From Parcubacteria group bacterium Gr01-1014_20 (lineage in GTDB: Bacteria > Patescibacteriota > Minisyncoccia > UBA6257 > 2-01-FULL-56-20): 43,173 bases of DNA. The stretch is taken from contig VMFW01000007.1 of the NCBI GenBank assembly GCA_007376265.1, positions 1 through 43,173 of the forward strand. The letters run 5' to 3'. The position numbers and the translations under genes are program-made. This document shows, one piece after another, positions 35,223 through 43,173 of this stretch. The number at the start of each line of letters is the position of its first letter. The first letter of the stretch is position 1. Under the pieces are notes generated by a model. The model did no database searches and was not told the origin of the DNA. It saw only the letters and a program-made list of their open reading frames with translations.

Positions 35223-35978
35223 GTGACTTTAACATCGCTAAACACTTGGGGCGCGAGGGCAGGAAAGGAAAACCTGCTCAAATTTTTTAAAGACCACAGG
35301 GACACGGATGTTTTTTGTTTGCAGGAGATTTGGAATGGGGGAGAACACATGGAAGGAAAAATGGCGGGTGGGGCGAAGCTCAAGAATATCACCTTCAGGC
35401 TTTTTGAGGATATCGGAAAAACTTTAACCGGACACATTGGATTTTTCCGACCACATTTTGGTGATCACTACGGATTGGCTATTTTCGTAAAAAAGGATTT
35501 GAAAATTTTGGAAGAGGGGGAGATTTTTGTTTATCGGGAGCGGGGTTATTTTTCGTCGGAGGAGCCGGGAAATCACGCGCGGAACATTCAATTTGTGACG
35601 CTTCGGATGCCCCAGGGAGTTCGAACGATGGTTAACTTTCATGGTCTTTGGAACGGCGGAGGAAAATTTGATAGTCCGGAAAGGCTCACGCAGTCAGATA
35701 AAATTGTGGAATTTTTAAAAAACCTGACTGACCCCTTCGTGCTTTGCGGAGATTTTAACTTGCTTCCAGAAACGAAGAGTTTGAAGAAGCTTGAAGTTTT
35801 TGGTTTGAGGAATTTGATCAAGGAGTATGGATTCAGTTCGACCCGGACGAAGTTTTACACCAAAGAACACAGATTTGCCGATTACGCTTTGGCTAGCAAG
35901 GGGATCCGAGTGAAGGATTTTAAGGTTTTGCCGGATGAGGTCTCAGACCATTCGCCGCTATACCTGGACTTCGAGTAG
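35223..35978 (+). CDS. Endonuclease/exonuclease/phosphatase (EEP) family protein
   Basis: SLN, DVFCLQE, NFHG, CGDFN, DY, SDH.P. Confidence 0.9.
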   Translation: MTLTSLNTWGARAGKENLLKFFKDHRDTDVFCLQEIWNGGEHMEGKMAGGAKLKNITFRLFEDIGKTLTGHIGFFRPHFGDHYGLAIFVKKDLKILEEGEIFVYRERGYFSSEEPGNHARNIQFVTLRMPQGVRTMVNFHGLWNGGGKFDSPERLTQSDKIVEFLKNLTDPFVLCGDFNLLPETKSLKKLEVFGLRNLIKEYGFSSTRTKFYTKEHRFADYALASKGIRVKDFKVLPDEVSDHSPLYLDFE

Positions 35979-36023
35979 TATTGAATCGCCAAGCGATTCC
36001 AATCAGTTATACTTAGGTAGGAG

Positions 36024-36045
36024 GTCCCTCGCGGTCGTTCGGGAC
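36024..36045. repeat. Small palindromic element in 5' region of DUF1003 gene
   Basis: GTCCC-TCGCGGTCGTTC-GGGAC. Confidence 0.45.
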
Positions 36046-36089
36046 AATTGATTTTCTAATCTCGTCCCTCGATAACAAAATCTAATCGT

Positions 36090-36620
36090 ATGGAAGACCA
36101 AAACCATTTGAAAGAGCCCCACCATCCTTCTGAAGCGAGCAGGAGGATTGTTCGGAGTTTGAAGGCGAAGGCAGACGCGCGGCGAACCAGGTCTGAGAAG
36201 TTTGCCGATTGGCTGACCAGTCGGTTGGGAAGCGTTAAGTTTTTACTCGCGAATGTGACCTGGTTTGGGGTGTGGATTGTTTTGAATACCGGACTGATTC
36301 CTGGCATTACTCCTTTTGATCCATACCCATTTGGGTTTTTGACCATGATCGTGTCTTTAGAGGCGATCATGCTCGCGATCGTTGTCTTAGTTTCCCAGAA
36401 TAGAGCCATGAAAGTGGATGATCTTCGAGAGGAAATTGATCTTCAGGTGGATATAATTACCGAGCAGGAAATCACCAAACTCATGAGCCTGGTTATTCTG
36501 CTTCTTCAGAAAAACGGGGTGGATATTTCAAAAGATATGGAACTTCAAGAGATGCTCCAGCCGACTGATACCGGAAAGATTCAGAAGATTTTAGAAAAAC
36601 AGGCTTTTTCCGAGCATTAG
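36090..36620 (+). CDS. DUF1003 membrane protein
   Basis: AD......GS..F.....F..WI..N, FDPYPF..L...VSLEAI....VLVSQNR. Confidence 0.88.
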   Translation: MEDQNHLKEPHHPSEASRRIVRSLKAKADARRTRSEKFADWLTSRLGSVKFLLANVTWFGVWIVLNTGLIPGITPFDPYPFGFLTMIVSLEAIMLAIVVLVSQNRAMKVDDLREEIDLQVDIITEQEITKLMSLVILLLQKNGVDISKDMELQEMLQPTDTGKIQKILEKQAFSEH

Positions 36621-36669
36621 GATTGGCCTTAAACGTGGTATAATTAAGCAATAATTCCAATTTAACTTT

Positions 36670-38016
36670 ATGGCATTTTTTGGGGGAAAACATGACGATA
36701 AAGCTCACGCCGAAGAAAAAGCAACGAAGGTGGAGCCGGGCGACAAGGTTGAAAAAATTGTTGAGGATAAGAAGTCATTAGGCAACGTTGCTTCACTCAA
36801 GCTTGAGATTGAAAAGCAGATTACGAAACCACTCGAGGAAGTTTCGATTGTTAATCTAGTCAATCTATTCATTTATTACGCTTTTATAGCGAGAGCGTCG
36901 GATGTTCACCTTGAGCCGATGGCGGATAAGATTAGGGTGCGTTTTAGGATCGACGGTGTGCTTCAGGATATTTTTGACAAGATTGCGATTACGAAATCTT
37001 TGCACCGCGAGCTCATCAGTCGCATTAAAGTGATGTCCGGGCTCCGGACCGATGAACATTTCACGCCGCAGGATGGAAGGTTTAAAGTAGAGCCGGATCA
37101 TGTGGGATCGATTGACGTGCGCGTTTCGATTATGCCGACCTATTACGGAGAGAACGCGGTTCTTCGACTGCTCGCTGAAACCCACACGTTCACCCTCGAG
37201 GATTTGGGGTTTTTGCCGGATGAGCTTAAAAAAGTGGAGAAGGCTATCCGGAAGCCCTACGGGATGATTTTGGCTAACGGCCCGACTGGTTCTGGTAAGA
37301 GCACCACGCTCTACACGATTTTGAAAAAACTGAACGTGCCCGGGATTTCAATTATTACCGTTGAAGATCCAATTGAATACTCACTTGAAGGGACCACTCA
37401 AATTCAGGTGGATACCAGGGTGGGTTTAACATTTGCCGGAGGGCTTCGGTCAATCTTGAGACAGGATCCGAACATTGTGATGGTGGGTGAAATTCGAGAC
37501 CAGGAAACAGCCTCGATCGCGGTTAACGCCGCTTTAACCGGACACTTGATGCTCTCGACACTCCACACTAATGATTCCGCCACCACTTTCCCGAGGCTGA
37601 TTGATATGGGTGTGCCGCCGTTTTTGATTGCTTCAACCGTCAATATTGCTATGGGGCAAAGGCTCATAAGGATGCTTTGCGAAAACTGTAAGAAAGAAAG
37701 GCAACTTAGCGAAAGCGAAATTCAGAGCCTTAAGGAAATTATTCCAAGCTTTGATTTTTCGAAACATAAAAAGTTTTTCATGACTCAAGGATGCGCGAAG
37801 TGTGGCAGTAGTGGATATAAGGGCCGGACGGGTATTAGGGAGGTGCTTGAGGTTAACGATGAGATTAGGCAGCTCATTATGAATCGGGCGAACTCTCAGG
37901 AGATTAAAAACGCGGCGGTTAAGAACGGAATGATGACGATGCTTGAAAACGGTATTCAAAAGGCGATTGCCGGGGTGACAAGCCTGGAGGAGGTTCTCCG
38001 GATTATCCACGAGTAG
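36670..38016 (+). CDS. pilB: Type IV pilus assembly ATPase (PilB/GspE family), cluster 2
   Basis: ASDVH, PQDGRF, GPTGSGKST, EDPIEY, LRQDP, tetra-Cys. Confidence 0.9.
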   Translation: MAFFGGKHDDKAHAEEKATKVEPGDKVEKIVEDKKSLGNVASLKLEIEKQITKPLEEVSIVNLVNLFIYYAFIARASDVHLEPMADKIRVRFRIDGVLQDIFDKIAITKSLHRELISRIKVMSGLRTDEHFTPQDGRFKVEPDHVGSIDVRVSIMPTYYGENAVLRLLAETHTFTLEDLGFLPDELKKVEKAIRKPYGMILANGPTGSGKSTTLYTILKKLNVPGISIITVEDPIEYSLEGTTQIQVDTRVGLTFAGGLRSILRQDPNIVMVGEIRDQETASIAVNAALTGHLMLSTLHTNDSATTFPRLIDMGVPPFLIASTVNIAMGQRLIRMLCENCKKERQLSESEIQSLKEIIPSFDFSKHKKFFMTQGCAKCGSSGYKGRTGIREVLEVNDEIRQLIMNRANSQEIKNAAVKNGMMTMLENGIQKAIAGVTSLEEVLRIIHE

Positions 38017-38088
38017 GCGACCCAGGATGTGATTTTGGGCACATGTCGCATAGCAGAAAGATAATTCTTCCCGGTTTTTAAAAATTTT

Positions 38089-39171
38089 ATGGCTGGCAAA
38101 TTACGACTACATAAGTTTTCATTTTTTGAACATCTTTCGGTTCAGGAAAAAATAAATTTTGCGCGCCATCTTTCAATAGTGGTGAAAGCGGGTTTGCCGA
38201 TTTATGAGGGACTAAAAGTTATTCGCCGGCAAATTACCAATAAGACCCTAATCGAAGTGGTAGATGGCTTGATTGTGGACTTAAATAAGGGCCAGTCTTT
38301 GGCTGACAGTCTTGAATTTCACCGACACATTTTCGGAGATTTTTTTATCAATATCATAAGGGTGGGTGAGACTAGTGGAACTCTTTCGCAAAATCTTCTT
38401 TACCTGGCTGAAGAGCTAAAGAAATCGAAGGACCTGGCTGGAAAGATTAAGTCGGCGATGATTTATCCGCTTGTGATACTTGTAGCGACGGTGGCTATCA
38501 CCGGGTTTCTGACATTTTTCGTTTTCCCGAAAATTTTGCCAGTTTTTTCAGGGTTGAACGTTGAATTGCCATTTACCACCCGCCTCCTGATTCAAGTGCT
38601 CGATTTTTCTAAAACGTACGGTCTTTACTTTCTTGTCGGAGCGATAGTTTTTATCGTGGGTTTTCGCTTCGCGCTTAGGTTGCCGGTTTTCAGGTACTTT
38701 TTCCATCGATCACTTTTTTTTGTACCGGTTTTGTCGTCCCTTATTATAGATATTAATATGGCTAATTTTACTAGAATTTTGGGGCTACTCTTAAAAAGCG
38801 GAGTGAGAATTGTTGAGGCCACGATGATTACGAGTTCAACCATAAGCAACATGGTCTACAGTCGAGCGCTTGCAAAAGCGAACGAGGAAGTTAAGAAAGG
38901 CGTTCCTTTCGCGCAATATTTATCGGAGAATAAGAAATTTTTTCCACCGCTTCTAACTGGCATGATCGAAATCGGTGAAAATACAGGAAACTTGGAGGAG
39001 AATTTGTTTTATCTAGCCCAGTATTATACGGAAGAAATTGACACTCGGATTGCTAACTTGACCAACATGCTTGAGCCGATCCTCCTCCTTTTTATGGGCG
39101 TTTTCGTTGGTTTCGTAGCCCTTTCAATTATTACGCCGATGTACTCTATCTCGCAGGGATTGTCTAAGTAG
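38089..39171 (+). CDS. pilC: PilC/GspF platform protein, intact
   Basis: Two GspF domains (GETSG.L and GENTGNLE), SAMIYP, LEPILLL. Confidence 0.9.
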   Translation: MAGKLRLHKFSFFEHLSVQEKINFARHLSIVVKAGLPIYEGLKVIRRQITNKTLIEVVDGLIVDLNKGQSLADSLEFHRHIFGDFFINIIRVGETSGTLSQNLLYLAEELKKSKDLAGKIKSAMIYPLVILVATVAITGFLTFFVFPKILPVFSGLNVELPFTTRLLIQVLDFSKTYGLYFLVGAIVFIVGFRFALRLPVFRYFFHRSLFFVPVLSSLIIDINMANFTRILGLLLKSGVRIVEATMITSSTISNMVYSRALAKANEEVKKGVPFAQYLSENKKFFPPLLTGMIEIGENTGNLEENLFYLAQYYTEEIDTRIANLTNMLEPILLLFMGVFVGFVALSIITPMYSISQGLSK

Positions 39172-39175
39172 GTTG

Positions 39176-39279
39176 TGAATAATGAATCTTGAAACACAGG
39201 TCATAAAACACGAAAGACAAAGGCGTTTATAATCATGAAAGATATATTTTGAGACATGTCATATGGTTTGGGTTACATG
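39176..39279. repeat. Degenerate 7-mer array before a pilin gene
   Basis: TGAATAA TGAATCT TGAAACA CAGGTCA TAAAACA CGAAAGA (39176-39217); weaker reverse-type units near 39257-39279. Confidence 0.65.
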
Positions 39280-41034
39280 AGGCGGGGCCTAACTTTCATA
39301 GACGTTATTATCAGCGTGGCGATTTTGTCTTTGCTTTTTGGAGGAATTTATCTTATCTATTTTTCTATCTTGGATGTGGTGACGGGATTAGACTTCAGGT
39401 CGGCGGCGACTTCAGCGCTAAATAGACAATTGGAGCTCATACGTAACCTGCCTTACGACAAAGTGGGGGTGGTAGGAGGAGTTCCTTCCGGGGTGATTCC
39501 GTCCGAGCAGACAATCGCGGTTGGGGATTTGGCTTTTACGATTAAGGCTTTGATTAGAAACATCGACGATCCTTTTGATGGGGTCTTGGGTGGAAATCCC
39601 AATGACACGGCACCCGCGGACTATAAACTCGTTCAGCTGGAGGTTAGCTGTTCGGCTTGCGCTCGATTTGTACCTCTGATTCTGACTGGAACGGTGGCGC
39701 CAAAAAACTTGGAGGGCGCCAGCAATAATGGATCGCTTTTTATAAACGCAATTGACGCGAACGGGTTTGCGGTAGCTCAGGCGGATGTGCGGGTGGTCAA
39801 CGCGAGCGTCACGCCCGCAATTGACTTAACTGATGCGACAAACTTGAGTGGAGTTTTGCAACTGGTGGGCGTACCGACCAGCACTCAAAATTATCAAATT
39901 GTTGTTAGCAAGCCAGGTTATTCCAGTGACCAGACCTATGTGATTGGGGAACCGTCGAACCCAAACCCATTAACACCTCCGGCGACGGTGGCAGCACAAA
40001 CAGTTACCACTATTACTTTTACGATTGATAAAGTGAGCACGCTTAAAGTCGACACAGTAAGTTCTCTTTGTGTCCCGGTGGGAAACAAAAATTTTTCAAT
40101 TAGCGGAATAAAACCGATAGGTATAAATCCAGACGTGCTTAAGTTTTCGACGAGCACGACTACCAACGCAAGCGGCACAAAAACTTTTTCAAATTTGGAA
40201 CTGGATACATACTCACTGGCTTTAAACGAGGCCGCATATGATCTTTTAGGTACAATTCCGCTGACCCCATTTATCGTTAATCCTAGTTCTACTTACGATT
40301 TTAAATTTGTCCTGACTCCGGCGGAGGCGCGATCACTTTTGGTGACCGCAAAGAGTCTTTCGGGGGGGCAGCCGATATCCGAGGCGGTCGCAACGCTGAC
40401 TAAGTCTGGATTTTCGGAAACTCTCGTGACGGGAAGGAACTATTTAAAGTTTACCGATTGGTCTCTAGGAGGTTATAGCAATCAGGACGGAGGGATTGAG
40501 CCGGATGACCCAGCGGGCGCTTTAAAACTTGAACTTAATGCTTCTTCAACTTATACGACCTCAACCGTGAGTTGGCTCGAGTCGAACACGATTGATTTCG
40601 GATCGACATCTTCGACTTTTTATTTGATAAGCTGGAATCCTGGGTCACAGTCACCGCTAACTGGGAGCGACAGTTTAAAGTTCCAAATCGCCACGAACAA
40701 CGACCAGGTAAGTTGGAACTATATAGGGCCGGATGGGACAAGTGGCAGTTACTACACTCAAAGCAGTTCAACGATTAGCTCTTCGAACAATTCGAAAAGA
40801 TATATGCGCTACAAAGTTTTTATGAAAACCGATGACGAAAACACAACTCCCGAACTTTATGATTTAAGAATCGATTTTGGCGGAGCTTGTGTGCCTTCAG
40901 GTCAAGCGCTTTTCGGTAATTTGGGATTGGGGGACTACACACTGGAGGTAGCTGCCACCGGGTTTCAGATTGTGACAAGTTCGGTCTCGATTACCGGAAA
41001 TTGGCAACAAGCTGGTGTGGAGATGACTCCTTGA
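39256..41034 (+). CDS. Large minor pilin with carboxypeptidase-regulatory-like/beta domains
   Basis: RG|LTFIDVII prepilin-like motif, LELIRNLPY, YQIVVSKPGYS repeats; start 39256 or 39277. Confidence 0.78.
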   Translation: MSYGLGYMRRGLTFIDVIISVAILSLLFGGIYLIYFSILDVVTGLDFRSAATSALNRQLELIRNLPYDKVGVVGGVPSGVIPSEQTIAVGDLAFTIKALIRNIDDPFDGVLGGNPNDTAPADYKLVQLEVSCSACARFVPLILTGTVAPKNLEGASNNGSLFINAIDANGFAVAQADVRVVNASVTPAIDLTDATNLSGVLQLVGVPTSTQNYQIVVSKPGYSSDQTYVIGEPSNPNPLTPPATVAAQTVTTITFTIDKVSTLKVDTVSSLCVPVGNKNFSISGIKPIGINPDVLKFSTSTTTNASGTKTFSNLELDTYSLALNEAAYDLLGTIPLTPFIVNPSSTYDFKFVLTPAEARSLLVTAKSLSGGQPISEAVATLTKSGFSETLVTGRNYLKFTDWSLGGYSNQDGGIEPDDPAGALKLELNASSTYTTSTVSWLESNTIDFGSTSSTFYLISWNPGSQSPLTGSDSLKFQIATNNDQVSWNYIGPDGTSGSYYTQSSSTISSSNNSKRYMRYKVFMKTDDENTTPELYDLRIDFGGACVPSGQALFGNLGLGDYTLEVAATGFQIVTSSVSITGNWQQAGVEMTP

Positions 41035-41039
41035 TAATG

Positions 41040-41123
41040 CAAACCACGAATCCTGAAACATGAAAAACAGAGTATTAAACACCAAAGTGACTCAAGGCTT
41101 GAAATTCGAATTTCGTGATCATC
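41040..41123. repeat. Degenerate 7-mer arrays across a pilin start and leader
   Basis: CAAACCA CGAATCC TGAAACA TGAAAAA CAGAGTA TTAAACA (41040-41081); reverse-type GGCTTGA AATTCGA ATTTCGT (41096-41116). Confidence 0.6.
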
Positions 41124-41728
41124 AGGGTTTTTCGCTTATCGAGGTGGTGATTGTAGCGGCTTTGGCGGTCGGGGTACTTTTTGTGATTGTTTCTCTTCGA
41201 GGAAATGTTGGAAATTTAGAAAATATTATTACTCAGAAACTAGCGTCAAGACAGGACATTGAGCAAGTTTTTCAGATTATGACTACCGAGATTAGGTCGG
41301 CTAGCCAGGCTTCGAATGGGGCATACGCGATTGGGGCGGCGACGACAAGTTCCTTTTCTTTTTACAGCGATGTAGATGGCGATAAAATTTATGATAAGGT
41401 TAGATATTTCTTAGCAACGAGCACGGCGGTGACAAGCACCGTTTACCGGGGAGTAATCAAGCCGACCGGAAATCCGTTGCAGTACGCAACTTCGAGCGAG
41501 ATGGTTTCAACGGCCATTAAAAACTTTGTTAAATCAACTAGCACCAATTTTTTTGAGTACTATGACGCAGATTACACTGGCTCGGAGCCGGCGATGACGT
41601 CAACTCAAGACATTACAAAAATTAGAATTGTTAAGGTTTCAGTTTATGCGGATGTGACTCCCGGAAAGGCGCCGAAACCGGTTTTCTTTTCAAGCTTTGT
41701 TTCAATTAGGAATTTACGTTCCAACTAG
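41060..41728 (+). CDS. Minor pilin (PilW/GspJ-like)
   Basis: QG|FSLIEVVIV, EIRSA, C-terminal VSIRNL. Confidence 0.85.
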   Translation: MKNRVLNTKVTQGLKFEFRDHQGFSLIEVVIVAALAVGVLFVIVSLRGNVGNLENIITQKLASRQDIEQVFQIMTTEIRSASQASNGAYAIGAATTSSFSFYSDVDGDKIYDKVRYFLATSTAVTSTVYRGVIKPTGNPLQYATSSEMVSTAIKNFVKSTSTNFFEYYDADYTGSEPAMTSTQDITKIRIVKVSVYADVTPGKAPKPVFFSSFVSIRNLRSN

Positions 41729-41740
41729 TAAATCTTCGAG

Positions 41741-43173
41741 ATGACCTTTAACAAGAAACACAATTTCAAAAGAGAGGGGCAGTTGTCGCTTGAAGTGATT
41801 TTCTTTGCCGCGGTGGTGCTTATCATTATGACTGGTTTTATTTTCTGGGCGCTCTCTTTTCTGAAGCTTTCGGTTCGGGTTTTTTATAAAACCATGGCTT
41901 TTTCGGTAGCCGAGGGTGGAATTGAATATTATCGTTGGCACTTGGCTCACAATACTACAGACTATTGGGATGGGCAGGGATCAACCAGTACGGGTCCGTA
42001 CACCCATGATTACTATGATAAAAATGGCCAGAAGATCGGAAGTTTTAGCTTGGAGATAACGCCACCGCCGACTGGATCAACGATCGTTACCGTACGTAGC
42101 ACTGGCCGAGTTATAGCTGATAGTTCCGTGGATAAGGTGATTGAGGTAAGGATGGGTATCCCCTCGTTTGCTAAGTACGCATGGGCTATCAACGGAGATG
42201 TTAATTTTGGAACGGCGGCCGAGGTTTTTGGGCCGGTTCACTCAAACGGTGGGCTTCACTTTGACGGGTTGGCTCACAATTTGGTTACGAGTGCTTTAAC
42301 ATCTTACGATGATCCCGACCACCAAGAACCAGGGACTGATCCACTGGAATTTTCAGTGCATACTCATAGAGCGCCAGTTGACCCATTGCCGCCGGCAGCG
42401 GTGCCGAGCCGCACAGACGTTTTTCAGGTTGGCCGACAGCTTTCGGTACCGGCGGTAGATTTTCCGGGTTTGACTCAAGACCTAGCGCAGATTCGAGCCG
42501 ATGCCTCGAGTACCGGTTTCTATCGGCCTTCATCCACGGCCTTTGGTTACGACATGCTTTTTAAGACTAACGATACTTTTGATTTATTTCGGGTAACTGC
42601 CCTAGTTCCGCCGGGAAGTTGTACGAGCTCCCAAAGCTATTGGGGGACTTGGAGTATCCAATCCTCAACTCTACTCGGCAACTATCCTTTTCCGACCAGC
42701 GGCTTGATTTTTCTTGAAGATAACGTTTGGGTTCGGGGGCAGATTAATACCGCCCGACTGACTTTGGGGTCCGGTCGTTTTCCCAACCAACAATCCACCT
42801 GGTCGAGTATCACCATAAATAATGATTTACTTTATACGAATTATGATGGCCAAGATACCATCGGTTTGATTTCACAGAATAATGTTAATATCGGTTTAGT
42901 GAGCGAAGATGATTTGAGGGTGGACGGAGCACTCATTGCTCAAAACGGAAGAGTGGGTCGCCACTCTTATAGTCAGTCGGCCTGTGGGTCAACGCGGAGT
43001 AGGGCGCTCTTCACTTCCTATGGGATGTTGGGTTCAAACACTCGCCCTGGATTTTATTATTCGGCTACTAACGGTTATCAGGCAAGAAATTATATCTATG
43101 ATGCCAACTTACTATATGGACCGCCGCCTAGTTTTCCGCTCACCAGCGACAACTACACCCAGATTTCGTGGGA
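41741..43173 (+). CDS. PilX-like large minor pilin (3'-truncated by window edge)
   Basis: Not in the ORF track because it has no stop. MTFNKKHNFKREG|QLSLEVIFF...AEGGIEYYRWHLAH; the last bases read GPPPSFPLTSDNYTQISW in the same frame. Confidence 0.8.
   Translation, partial: MTFNKKHNFKREGQLSLEVIFFAAVVLIIMTGFIFWALSFLKLSVRVFYKTMAFSVAEGGIEYYRWHLAHNTTDYWDGQGSTSTGPYTHDYYDKNGQKIGSFSLEITPPPTGSTIVTVRSTGRVIADSSVDKVIEVRMGIPSFAKYAWAINGDVNFGTAAEVFGPVHSNGGLHFDGLAHNLVTSALTSYDDPDHQEPGTDPLEFSVHTHRAPVDPLPPAAVPSRTDVFQVGRQLSVPAVDFPGLTQDLAQIRADASSTGFYRPSSTAFGYDMLFKTNDTFDLFRVTALVPPGSCTSSQSYWGTWSIQSSTLLGNYPFPTSGLIFLEDNVWVRGQINTARLTLGSGRFPNQQSTWSSITINNDLLYTNYDGQDTIGLISQNNVNIGLVSEDDLRVDGALIAQNGRVGRHSYSQSACGSTRSRALFTSYGMLGSNTRPGFYYSATNGYQARNYIYDANLLYGPPPSFPLTSDNYTQISW

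Noticed and set aside
38017-38049. Hairpin between pilB and pilC (GCGAC...GTCGC)
   Set aside because: Single imperfect stem with no T tract and no match to the other repeat families.
1540-42533. Many antisense or nested ORFs in the track (e.g. 1540-1974, 5781-6200, 18284-18691, 20232-20771, 37633-38010)
   Set aside because: Shadow frames of well-supported genes with no motifs of their own.

Overview
A 43 kb gene-dense bacterial chromosome segment that looks like Patescibacteria/CPR, probably Parcubacteria. That placement is an inference from several type IV pilus-like clusters, short ObgE and RF2, and many small palindromes. TGA stops plus an intact RF2 indicate genetic code 11. Core content: a 5'-truncated pilin, tRNA-Thr(CGT)-prfB-ftsEX, cupredoxin, a queuosine-precursor transporter, msrA, a DEAD-box helicase, typA, obgE, nadA, a GH18 hydrolase, tRNA-Gln(CTG), ddl, an MBOAT/SGNH pair and an ABC-F. 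There are also many nucleotide hydrolases (CYTH, NUDIX, HAD, HIT, 2H, EEP) and two pilB-pilC-pilin clusters; pilC of the first is frameshifted. Most notable signals missed by the ORF track: (1) a 50-codon in-frame uORF before typA that repeats TypA's first 13 residues with almost all codons synonymously recoded, followed by tandem hairpins; (2) inverted arrays of degenerate 7-mers around pilin starts and a 33-nt palindromic insertion at a prepilin cleavage site; (3) a DUF47/Pit deletion scar that creates an apparent DUF47-MsrA fusion; (4) prfB starting 2 nt after the last base of a tRNA; (5) apparently leaderless genes alongside SD-led genes with a boxA-like leader motif. No CRISPR array, rRNA or transposase was seen. 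All calls are by eye; no searches were run.
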